Of a stretch of DNA of 28,507 bases, positions 16,943-26,300 are shown piece by piece. Positions within the stretch are counted from its first letter, which is position 1; each line of letters begins with the position of its first letter. A program made the position numbers and the translations under genes. Under the pieces are notes generated by a model that saw nothing but the letters and a program-made list of their open reading frames with translations, was not told where the DNA came from and made no database searches. Source of the DNA: Bacteriovoracaceae bacterium (GTDB lineage: Bacteria > Bdellovibrionota > Bacteriovoracia > Bacteriovoracales > Bacteriovoracaceae). The DNA lies in the NCBI GenBank assembly GCA_041586955.1, contig JBFGZE010000038.1, positions 1 through 28,507 on the forward strand. Reading direction: 5' to 3'.

Positions 16943-18688
16943 TTAACTTAGTTTTTTAATCAGGTTAAAATTTGTGGCCAAAACCATTATCAGTCCAAAG
17001 CACATGGATATTAATGGATGCCCCCCTCCACCAGGTGGATCGTTAGCACCAATGCTGCCACACGCCAATAGCGCGGGAGCTTTCTTTTTTTCAATATGTT
17101 TACGCCCGTTGTCTTTATTTATTCCTGAACGAATCGCTACCGTATTTGGTCCTTCTGTGCATGAACTATTATCAAGAGAGCTTATTTTAGTTATTTCTGA
17201 TACATCTTCGTAACTACTGCCAACCTTTTTTAATATTCTATATGTAAATAAATACACCGCTTCAGCTCTCCCATAATCATTATAGGAAGGAAAATGATCG
17301 GACTTAGAAAAATCATTTGCAGCATCTAAATCCCCGGCCAAATCACTAACATGATCATCAATAGTTGCTGCAGTTAAAGTAATCGTAAAATTATTATTGG
17401 CCATCACAGAATTATCCAAAAGAACTTTTGAAGTGAGATTCAAGTAAGGATTACCATCGGAATCGATGGTTGGTTCTACTAATGTTGTTCCCATAGGACT
17501 AGTTATATCCATGCCTATTTTCATGATTGAATATAAATCATGATAAAAAACATTCACCTCTAAATAATGATCTGCTTCGATATTGGTATTATTTGTTAAA
17601 TCAATTGTGAAAGAATCTGTATCGCCATTGGCCAGTTCTTGTTTTGAGAAAAAGCCTATTCCCGAAAAGTAATCATTATGATTAGAGACATCAAAGCTAC
17701 TGCCTTTTGAGGGCAAATAATCACTCGGTGTCGCATTTGAACAACGTATTGTGAGATTTCCAATATTCAATATATTATTATTTTTATTTTCAAAAATAGC
17801 AGGCCTTCCCCATTCCCGACTTCCACAGCCGTAGGCAAAAGCACCTTTAAATTGCGCGCGACCGATACAAAAATCACTTCTCACAGAAGAAAATGTGTCA
17901 GGTAATGCCGACAATAAAGTCGATGGTGCTATATAAACAAAAAAATCAGTATCCTTGGCCATTCCACTAAAACTAAAATGGCCCTCATCATCTGAAAGCG
18001 CCTCTCCTAGGACAGAATAATCATTAGCATCAATAAAAACTGCTCTTGCACCAAAAACACCGATGGAATCTCCCCCAATTATACGGCCATTGACGACACT
18101 CTTCCCCCCCCTCCCATAAAGAGAATACATTCCACCTTCATCATCTGGACTAATAGAATATTGTCCCGAAAATAATTTATAAAACATAGTGGAATAAAGT
18201 AACTGACTATGACCAAGACCTATCAAATGCCCTAATTCATGGGTCAAAATATCGCCGAGGTAATTAGAATCCCCAGGAGTTCCTGAATATGTATTATTAC
18301 CGTTAATAATAATATCAGATTCTATGATTTCCCCACTGCCCTCCCGGTAAACGGTTTGGGTGATAGCGGCAATAGATCCACCGGCAAAATAGCTCGCATC
18401 TCTCGAGAAATATATATCATTTCGTGATACAAAAGATCTATTACTGAGGTAAGCATTTAATTGAATGTCATCATTTGATTTATTCCATTCCGCCATGGAA
18501 TGAGCAAGGATGCTTGAAACTGAAGATTGAGAAAGTCCACTTGAGTTTGAAGGATCAAGATAGAGCTGAATATTTCTTAAGCTTGAACTCCAGCTTGTTT
18601 CTTCCCCTTGCTCGTTAGTATTAATGACGTAGCCAAAGGTTACATCTATAGTCAAAGCGATTATAAATGCCCACTTTAGCATTATCAT
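16943..18688 (-). CDS. Matrixin-family (M10-like) zinc metalloprotease with a C-terminal membrane anchor/sorting-like tail
   Basis: Signal peptide; IIESDIIIN, HELGHLIGLGHS (HExxHxxGxxH), Met-turn STMF, SPDDEGG; then a carboxypeptidase-regulatory-like domain (VVNGRIIGGDSIGVFGARAVF); tail CGSIG..PPGGGG, hydrophobic segment, KK. Confidence 0.88.
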   Translation of the reverse strand: MIMLKWAFIIALTIDVTFGYVINTNEQGEETSWSSSLRNIQLYLDPSNSSGLSQSSVSSILAHSMAEWNKSNDDIQLNAYLSNRSFVSRNDIYFSRDASYFAGGSIAAITQTVYREGSGEIIESDIIINGNNTYSGTPGDSNYLGDILTHELGHLIGLGHSQLLYSTMFYKLFSGQYSISPDDEGGMYSLYGRGGKSVVNGRIIGGDSIGVFGARAVFIDANDYSVLGEALSDDEGHFSFSGMAKDTDFFVYIAPSTLLSALPDTFSSVRSDFCIGRAQFKGAFAYGCGSREWGRPAIFENKNNNILNIGNLTIRCSNATPSDYLPSKGSSFDVSNHNDYFSGIGFFSKQELANGDTDSFTIDLTNNTNIEADHYLEVNVFYHDLYSIMKIGMDITSPMGTTLVEPTIDSDGNPYLNLTSKVLLDNSVMANNNFTITLTAATIDDHVSDLAGDLDAANDFSKSDHFPSYNDYGRAEAVYLFTYRILKKVGSSYEDVSEITKISSLDNSSCTEGPNTVAIRSGINKDNGRKHIEKKKAPALLACGSIGANDPPGGGGHPLISMCFGLIMVLATNFNLIKKLS

Positions 18689-18693
18689 CCTAA

Positions 18694-19395
18694 CTATCCC
18701 TTTCTCATCACCTTTAGCTGATAAATACCCAAACTAGCAAATATTACTAATAACCAAAAAGTTGGAACGTTCTTTTCTTTCTCTTGGATATCTTTATGAT
18801 CAACTTGTGCGATTCTTCTAGAGGCAGATGATATTTTTTTTCTTGATGTATCAACAATAACCTTATTCCCATTTGGGGCCTTTAAAAAGCTACCAAAATT
18901 CATGTATACTTTGTCCTTCACCTCGGCCCATGGTATTTTCCCTAGTTTTGGATGATTAGGAAAAACGTCTGATTGTAAATAGATCTTATTTTTTTTATAG
19001 ATTACTTTATACTTACCCATTGATAAGTTTGCGATGGCATGGCCTTGCGAGGTTCTCTTGAGGAGGAGAACAACCTCCTCCCCTTTAGTAAATTCTGGTG
19101 CACCCTGAACAGAATAGACTTTTTCTTGCCAGCGACCGCCTGGATAATACACCTTAAAATAGTTTTTATTGAGAAGATCTTTATTATAAAGGCCTAGATG
19201 AGTGTCAACCTTGATTCCTGCTTCTGTAATGACCTGGCCACCATAAAGCTTCTTATAGGATTTTCCTATATAGTGACCTCGAACTATTGCGTCTATATGT
19301 TCTAATTGCTTGTCCAGCGTAGTGGGCACAAATGTTGTTGACCAGAGGGGACCGCATAAAAATATATAACAAATTAATATTAGATGATTTTTCAC
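18694..19395 (-). CDS. Exported, C-terminally anchored protein with a TIMP/NTR-like OB-fold pattern
   Basis: GTG start with SD AGGGAG; signal peptide ...PLWS|TTF; DAIVRGHY, ITEAGIKV, PGG, GAPEFTKGEEVVLLL; C-terminal TM FWLLVIFASLGIYQL followed by KVMRKG. The ORF is secure; the fold is inferred. Confidence 0.7.
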   Translation of the reverse strand: MKNHLILICYIFLCGPLWSTTFVPTTLDKQLEHIDAIVRGHYIGKSYKKLYGGQVITEAGIKVDTHLGLYNKDLLNKNYFKVYYPGGRWQEKVYSVQGAPEFTKGEEVVLLLKRTSQGHAIANLSMGKYKVIYKKNKIYLQSDVFPNHPKLGKIPWAEVKDKVYMNFGSFLKAPNGNKVIVDTSRKKISSASRRIAQVDHKDIQEKEKNVPTFWLLVIFASLGIYQLKVMRKG

Positions 19396-19413
19396 ACGTT
19401 CTCCCTAGATATC

Positions 19414-19440
19414 TAATCGGAGAACCATTGAAAAACTTGA
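19414..19440 (-). promoter_or_regulatory. Sigma28 (FliA)-type promoter
   Basis: Minus strand TCAAGTTT-N11-TCCGATTA versus consensus TAAAGTTT-N11-GCCGATAA; exact spacing, located between the rpsI terminator and the SD of the next gene. Confidence 0.75.
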
Positions 19441-19454
19441 GCTATTCAGTCAAC

Positions 19455-19485
19455 AAAAAAAGCCCACTTCTAAGAGTGGGCCTTT
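19455..19485 (-). terminator. Intrinsic terminator of rplM-rpsI
   Basis: Minus strand GGCCCACT-CTTAGA-AGTGGGCT followed by a T-tract. Confidence 0.88.
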
Positions 19486-19507
19486 AAAAAATATATAAGT
19501 AATTGAA

Positions 19508-19912
19508 TTAACGTTTCGAGAACTGGAACTTCTTACGTGCACCAGCAAGACCAGCTTTCTTTCTCTCAACTTTACGAGAATCTCTCGTTAAGAAACCTGC
19601 TGCCTTAAGCTCACCTCTAGAGGAGGGGTCTAATGCAACAAGACAGCGAGAAACTCCTAATCTTACAGCACCGGCCTGGCCTGTTGTACCACCACCCTTA
19701 ACATTAATGTTTAGATCGTAACGATCTGAAACTTTTAATAAGTTTAAGGCCTGGGTAACAACATAACGATCAGTTGCTTTTGGAAAATAGTCTTTGATAT
19801 CTCGTTTATTAACTGTGATTTTGCCATTGCCTTCTGCGATGTAGACGCGAGCAACAGATGTCTTTCTTCTACCAACAGATTGGGAATCGTAAGTTTTACC
19901 TTTGGCTGCCAT
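19508..19912 (-). CDS. rpsI: 30S ribosomal protein S9
   Basis: GRRKTSVARV, GGGTTGQAGAVRLG, FLTRDSRKVERKK, QFSKR. ATG 19912 with SD GAGGA. Confidence 0.99.
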   Translation of the reverse strand: MAAKGKTYDSQSVGRRKTSVARVYIAEGNGKITVNKRDIKDYFPKATDRYVVTQALNLLKVSDRYDLNINVKGGGTTGQAGAVRLGVSRCLVALDPSSRGELKAAGFLTRDSRKVERKKAGLAGARKKFQFSKR

Positions 19913-19934
19913 AATTTTCTTCCTCAAATAGTCT

Positions 19935-20372
19935 TTACAACGTTAACGTTTCTGGTTTCTGGGCATCGTGACCGTGGCTTTCACCTGCGTACACCTTAAG
20001 CTTTGTTAATTGCTTTCTACCCAAAGAGTTCTTAGATAGCATACCCTTAACAGCATTCATTAATACCATTTCGGGACGTCTTTCCAATTGCTCTTTAGCT
20101 GTACGGTATTTTAAACCACCGACATGACCAGAGTGCCGGTAATATTTTTTGTTTTCTAGTTTATTACCTGTGAATCTTACCTTATCAGCATTGATCACGA
20201 CAACATAATCACCGGAGTCAGTATGCGGTGTAAACTGTGGGCTTAGCTTGCCTCTAAGAGTATCTGCGATCTTCGTCGCGAGTCTACCAACAACCTGATC
20301 GGCTGCATCAATAACATACCACTTTTTATTCGCCTCAGCAGGCTTTAGAACAAATGTCTTTTCTGTATACAT
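19935..20372 (-). CDS. rplM: 50S ribosomal protein L13
   Basis: WYVIDA, GRLAT, FTPHTDSGDYVVVINA, YYRHSGHVGGLK, LKVYAG. ATG 20372 with SD AAGGTGA. Confidence 0.99.
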   Translation of the reverse strand: MYTEKTFVLKPAEANKKWYVIDAADQVVGRLATKIADTLRGKLSPQFTPHTDSGDYVVVINADKVRFTGNKLENKKYYRHSGHVGGLKYRTAKEQLERRPEMVLMNAVKGMLSKNSLGRKQLTKLKVYAGESHGHDAQKPETLTL

Positions 20373-20432
20373 AATCAATCACCTTATATAGATTCTTTAT
20401 TTTCATATCTTAAAATACAAAGAATGGAAACC

Positions 20433-20462
20433 CTTATATAGGACAATTGGGCCCCCAGTCAA
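20433..20462 (-). promoter_or_regulatory. Sigma70-type promoter of rplM-rpsI
   Basis: Minus strand TTGACT-N18-TATAAG (or N16-TATATA). Confidence 0.6.
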
Positions 20463-20484
20463 GCACCTCTTGTTCTTTTTTTAA

Positions 20485-23355
20485 TTAAAAAACACCTATA
20501 GATAAATGAAAACGACCGAACCCTTCACGCGAACCATCAGAGAACCTGTTGCGATGCATTTTTACACCATAATCAAAATCTAAGGTACCGATGGCGGTTA
20601 GAAATTTAAACGTGACACCTGCCGATGTTCTTAGTGACAAAGGTTTGAATTTATTAATAAATAATCTACCGGCGTCAAAGAATAAACCTAATAATATTTC
20701 ATCTGATAGATAATACCTCGGTTCTACCTTTATATTTGTAAAAAATACCTCATTTTGAATTCTAAAGCTATCGATACTAGTTCCATCCTCAACCCTGTTG
20801 ATTTCCGAAAATCTAAATCCGCGTACGGAATCTGGCCCATCCAAGTGGAATACCTTCAGACTAGGGATATAGCCACGGCTTTTGGCGCTCCCGTCCGCGT
20901 TAAGAACATGACTTCCATCCGGGTTCAAAAGTAGATCATCCGCGAGGTTTTTTTCATAGCCCATGGAGACAGCTGTCGCTAGAACAAAGTTTTCTGCAAA
21001 AAGTGGTAAATAAAATTTAGTTCTTGTTATGATTTTCGAAAAGTTAATTTCGACGTTCTCTTCTGACTTTGACTGGAGAGCAGGGTTAGCAAGTTCCCAA
21101 GAAATGGAATATAATTGACCCCTCCTCGGTGCGACTCCCTCATCGCGATTATCATAGGTTAAGCTTGGAGTTAAACTACCAATCTGAAAAATATCACTAT
21201 CTTTCTCTTGAGTTGCATCAAATTGCCGAATTCTTTCAAATTGATACTTAACACTCGCTGATACATATTTCGAAATAGATTTGCTGAACTGAGGGGATAC
21301 TTTAAAGATATCTGCGTCAAAACTAAAATAACGCTTACGCTGTACTGATGTCAGAATATTTAAATCGAGATAGTTTAAAAAATAAGGGTAATTATAGTTT
21401 CCACGTGCAAAGAACTCAAACCTTTTTCGACGCTCAATTTTTCTTCTCGTATCAAAGCCTGAAAAGTTTGTTCGGTAGTTAACTTGAGTTTTGAGTGAAA
21501 TTGAATGATTTTCACCAAATAAATTACCATAAGAAACAAAGGCCCCAATCTTAAGGCCAAGATCGGTCCGATAACCTGGGGATAATTCGACCATTCCCGG
21601 CAAGCGTTCTTTCACCTCCACTAATAATTTTACCTTACTTATATTATTAACAGCATCATGTGAGTGAACTATTGGTGTAACCTTTAAGGAGCTAAATAGG
21701 CCAAGGGAGTTGAGAGAATCACGGAATTCTTTAATTTTTTCCGGAGTAATAATTGTTCCCGATTTAAACCCTGACTCACGTCTAAGAATATTATCCTTTG
21801 TCTTTTTATTACCTACAACCACAATGTGATCAAAGATAGCTTTTCCATTTAACCTAATATCAATTATTAAATCAGCATTCGTATAATTGGAATAATAACG
21901 CAATATATCTTTGGTGGAATTGGAATTGTATTTGGCAAAAACATATCCCTGAGAACGAACAAGTTTAAGAATCTCTTTGAGATCCCCATCGATTTGAGAG
22001 ACATCGAGTTGATTCCCTGGCCTGTTTTTTATTTTCGCTAAAATTTCGAGTTTAAGGTCCTCTGAAACTCCCTTGATGATAATATTACGCAGAAAGCATT
22101 GCTGTTTTTCATGAATGTCATACTTAATCGTCGCCCCAGACTCCGCAAAAGTTACCTTCGGCGAAGATATATCAGCAAATAAAAAACCGTTGGAAACGTA
22201 CTCTTTTTGGAGAACTCCAGAGAACTCCTCGAAAAAGGCCTTATCATAACGACCATTAACAACAAGATCAGTACCCTTAGTAGAAATAAGCTTCTCTAGA
22301 AAATTTCGTGAAAAGACATAATTCCCATTGAATGACACATTATTAATATTAGTATATTCACCCTCATTGACTGTGACGAAAAAATGGATCAAGGGACTAC
22401 CGTCCAAAGTTTTCCCTTCGTAGGTGAGTACCTTAACAATGGGATTAAACAAATTCCGCTTATGGTAGAATTCTTCTATAAAAGACTGTACTTCACTCCC
22501 CGTAAAACCCCTTCCAATTTCCTTGGCCTTATTTTTTAAATAAATTAACAACTCAAAGCGGCCAAACGTACGATTTCCTTTAATATCAAATGAGTACCGT
22601 GTGCCTAATTTTAAATCTACATATAAAAGATAAAAACCAGTTTCATCAAGCTTTAGCTTATAATCCAACTCCAAAAAGTAATAACCATCATCAGTCACAT
22701 CCTTTTTAAATTGATCGATAATAGATTTTAAGATACTCCGATTTAAACTTTTGCCTCTTATGCTCTTGATCCGGTCAGTTAAATTTTTTTTATAATAAGA
22801 ATTGTCTGAATTGATCACAGAGCCTTTTAGCTTTTCTTTAACATCAACATCTAAATTAATTTTGAGAACGATAGTAGAAACTCTCTTAAATATTTTGTAA
22901 TCAATTTTCTTTATCAAAAAACCATTTTCTACCAAATATTTTTTAATTCTAGTGTTTAATTCGGCCCTTTCTCTTTCAGAGAAAGAATATGGAAAGTTTA
23001 TATTTAATTGTCTTTCTAGCTCTTCAATGTCCACAAGAGGACTTCCGACAAATGAAATTTCTTCAACAGACTCCTTGGCCTCAATATAAATGTCATTTCT
23101 ATCGTCATAGGCGATTGAAAGAATGGATTCGTTCAACGCAATGTATTTAACGAGTTCGACAAACTCAATCTTTGGGTTTAACTCTGCAAACTCTTCGATT
23201 TTATCAACAATTAAGTCGCATGAATGAGGTCTATCACAATGGACAAGAATCTTACGTCCTTGAAATAGAACTTCATAATGTTGGGCCATGACACTCTCAG
23301 CACCTAGCAACATTAACGTTAATAAAGTAAATACAAAATATTTCAAAAATTCCAT
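20485..23355 (-). CDS. Omp85-family (BamA/TamA-like) outer membrane assembly factor with at least six POTRA-like repeats
   Basis: Signal peptide; repeated I.(F/I).GN...Y...G(Y/F) POTRA units; barrel with NLFG, YDNRD, SVRGF, FFDAG, DFDYG and C-terminal HLSIGVF; overlaps tamB by 13 nt. Confidence 0.92.
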   Translation of the reverse strand: MEFLKYFVFTLLTLMLLGAESVMAQHYEVLFQGRKILVHCDRPHSCDLIVDKIEEFAELNPKIEFVELVKYIALNESILSIAYDDRNDIYIEAKESVEEISFVGSPLVDIEELERQLNINFPYSFSERERAELNTRIKKYLVENGFLIKKIDYKIFKRVSTIVLKINLDVDVKEKLKGSVINSDNSYYKKNLTDRIKSIRGKSLNRSILKSIIDQFKKDVTDDGYYFLELDYKLKLDETGFYLLYVDLKLGTRYSFDIKGNRTFGRFELLIYLKNKAKEIGRGFTGSEVQSFIEEFYHKRNLFNPIVKVLTYEGKTLDGSPLIHFFVTVNEGEYTNINNVSFNGNYVFSRNFLEKLISTKGTDLVVNGRYDKAFFEEFSGVLQKEYVSNGFLFADISSPKVTFAESGATIKYDIHEKQQCFLRNIIIKGVSEDLKLEILAKIKNRPGNQLDVSQIDGDLKEILKLVRSQGYVFAKYNSNSTKDILRYYSNYTNADLIIDIRLNGKAIFDHIVVVGNKKTKDNILRRESGFKSGTIITPEKIKEFRDSLNSLGLFSSLKVTPIVHSHDAVNNISKVKLLVEVKERLPGMVELSPGYRTDLGLKIGAFVSYGNLFGENHSISLKTQVNYRTNFSGFDTRRKIERRKRFEFFARGNYNYPYFLNYLDLNILTSVQRKRYFSFDADIFKVSPQFSKSISKYVSASVKYQFERIRQFDATQEKDSDIFQIGSLTPSLTYDNRDEGVAPRRGQLYSISWELANPALQSKSEENVEINFSKIITRTKFYLPLFAENFVLATAVSMGYEKNLADDLLLNPDGSHVLNADGSAKSRGYIPSLKVFHLDGPDSVRGFRFSEINRVEDGTSIDSFRIQNEVFFTNIKVEPRYYLSDEILLGLFFDAGRLFINKFKPLSLRTSAGVTFKFLTAIGTLDFDYGVKMHRNRFSDGSREGFGRFHLSIGVF

Positions 23356-26300
23356 CTGATCTTCAGGTCAGCTCCAAGTGAATTCTCATCAATCTCATCC
23401 TCTTGTGTACTCTTAATTTCATAGACGCCCTCTAGGGACATGATCTCATTAAGGTTATAATTTATATTCATTTCTTGCTTTTCTTCTAATGTTCCTCCAA
23501 AAGTGCTTGATACCGCCATATCTACCTTCTTAGATAGCTTTTTTTTAATTTTAATTTTAGTCGATGTTTTATAACGGCCACTTGAGTCTCCATCTTTTAA
23601 TCCATACAGGAGACTATCTTCATCTTGTTCAAACTCCGGCTCGAGACTTAAGCGCAAACCCATCGTTCGGCCTAGTCCTTCATTTATGTTAAGTTGATCA
23701 AAAAGCAAAGAGCCCAAGCTTAGGGTTGTAATCGATTGCCTTTCACGCTCTTGCAAACTCGATGTATGAGTATTCGTAAATCCTAATGTTAAAAGAGAAA
23801 ATATATCTTCTTGGCCTAGGGGTGGATCGGAGTCAAGGCCAATCACAATTTTATCAATAGGACCACTTACATTTAAATGAATATCAAATTCACCGATCTT
23901 ACTCGTCCCTGTAAAATTAATCTCTGGAGTAATATCTTCATCCTTTCCATCAAATATAATACGTCCGTGACTTAAAACAAAATCATGTCCTTTAAACATA
24001 AATCGACTTATATTTTTCTCCGACAAACTCATTTCACCTGTCACAATAGGTTTTTGAATTTTTCCCTTTAGATTGGTATCAATATCTAAATATAAATCTG
24101 TTAAATTGTTTTTAATACGCAAGGGATTAATTGAACGTATTTGAAGGCGAGAATCGAGTAGCTTTGAAAAAAGGTTTTCTGCTCGCGGCACGTATTTAAC
24201 ATAACTCTCATCTTTCCAACTCCCCTTTGATAACTTCCTCAAATCATCTCTTAGCTCTCCTGAGTATAAGTCAACTTTACCTTCAGCGCTGTAGGGGAAG
24301 CGTGATCCACGAATATTAATATCCGCGTTACCAACCAGGTAACTTTGTTCAAAAAATGGCAAACGGGATTCTTCCAAACCTATGTATATGTCGACAATCG
24401 GATAGGGAAAACGAAACTCGATTTTGGAATCAAGTTTAAGTTTACCTTGGCCAAACTGACCTTCAACATATTCTACGATCAAGGTATTATTTTCAAATAC
24501 ACTAGAAACTGCAATACCATCGAACAATGAGTTCAAGGGCTTAAGTTTAAAACCAATGTCCTTTCCACCTAGCTCAACAAAATTATTCCATTTACCTCTT
24601 ACTCCTGAAAAAATATTACGACCCCAGACAATCCCTTTTGGATTCTCAATGATAGGGTGTATAAGGCGTGTCATATTAAAAGGTAATTGAAAATTTTGAA
24701 CAATCTTAAAGTTTTTGTTTAAGCCACCATTACCTATACTTTTAACCACTCCTTTTGATGTTTTCAAAAGAACATTCCATTTTTGAATCTTACCATTTTC
24801 CACAATTATTCTATTAAAGTTAGGATTAGATTCAATATATTCATTTTGTTTTTTTATTTTAAAATTATTAATTGTTAAATCGAAATCTAAGTTCTCAATA
24901 CGATTAATATCAAAGGTCGAATAAAGACTGACTCCAACCTCTCCTTCGAGATCATTTTCAAAAAGATTATGTTCCGAAATTAGCCCGGCCAGGCGCTGAA
25001 AATCCTTTTCATTTAAATTGGCCTTGATATACGATTTTTTATTACGAACGCTCTCTGATGGGTTGAGATTGATATAGGATTCTACTTTTGCCACTTTGTC
25101 TAAAAACTCAGCATCTATAAATACGTCCGGTCCATTATTGTAGACAGATACAAATGAATCCCGAAGCTTTCGCCCTCCAACACTCGCCTTAATTAATTGT
25201 AGGTTACTTTTTGTTGAAAATGACTGTTCTGTTCCTGCTCCCTCAAAATTGCCTTGTAATTCGGCCCGCATCCCGGGACTAAATGAGCGCAAAGTGCTCA
25301 ACTGATCTACCGGTATTGAGATAACACTAGACTTGTATTCCATAAAACCAGTTTTAACATTTGTAAAAAACTGGCCCACGACTTTGCCTGAATTTTTTTT
25401 AGCAACGAGGTTAGTAATACTAAAGATATTGTCTTTAAAGGATATATCAAAATTAATTCTTGGAAAATCCTCTGTTAGTACGACATAGTTCTTACCAGTA
25501 ACTTTACCATTAAATATATATTGTTCTTTTGAAAAATCACCTTCAAAAGTATAATCGGCGCTAAAATCAAAATTCATAAGTGATAATTGATCTTTAAATT
25601 TAGCTGAGAGAGGTGTCACCATCTTAAGTGTAGACTTAAAGTTCCCCTCGCTAATATGAGAATTTATTTTAAATTTATTATTATCGCCATAATTGAAAGT
25701 AAAATTACCTTTATACTCAACGCCCTCAAACGAGGATGTAAATGTCTCGGAGTAAATCTTTTTGCGGTCAAGGTCAATTGCAAAATTACATTGCGCCTTG
25801 CCTAGCTTATATCCTACCGTTTCAAAATTTTCAATTTCCGTATTAAATTTAAACAAGACTTTATCGTGTGGGCCAGATATATCTAAATCCAAGCTGCCTT
25901 TCCCACGAATATCTATTCCTGCAATTTGCCCCAAATCTTGAATGTCGAGCTGGCCATCCTGTACTTTTATCTCGGTGTTTTTATCCGAAATAATGCCCTC
26001 AGCATGGAGATTAGTCCACCCACTAGATAGTTTGGCATCTAAATGAAAATTTAACTTTTTATCAAGCTGGAAGGAGGTCCCCTTGCCAATCGTAAATTCT
26101 TTAGTGTTGAGAAGATAATTTTCTGAATTAAAATCTAAAACAATCCCTCCAAGCAAAGTACCTTCCTGCGGTCTGAACCAATAACTACCATTTACACCAT
26201 ACTCAACACCAATAGCTCCACTGACTCTCGTTTTAAATGCGCCCAAATTATCTTTTATTGCATATAGAAAATCATTTGAATGTAGCTTGTCCGCAATTAG

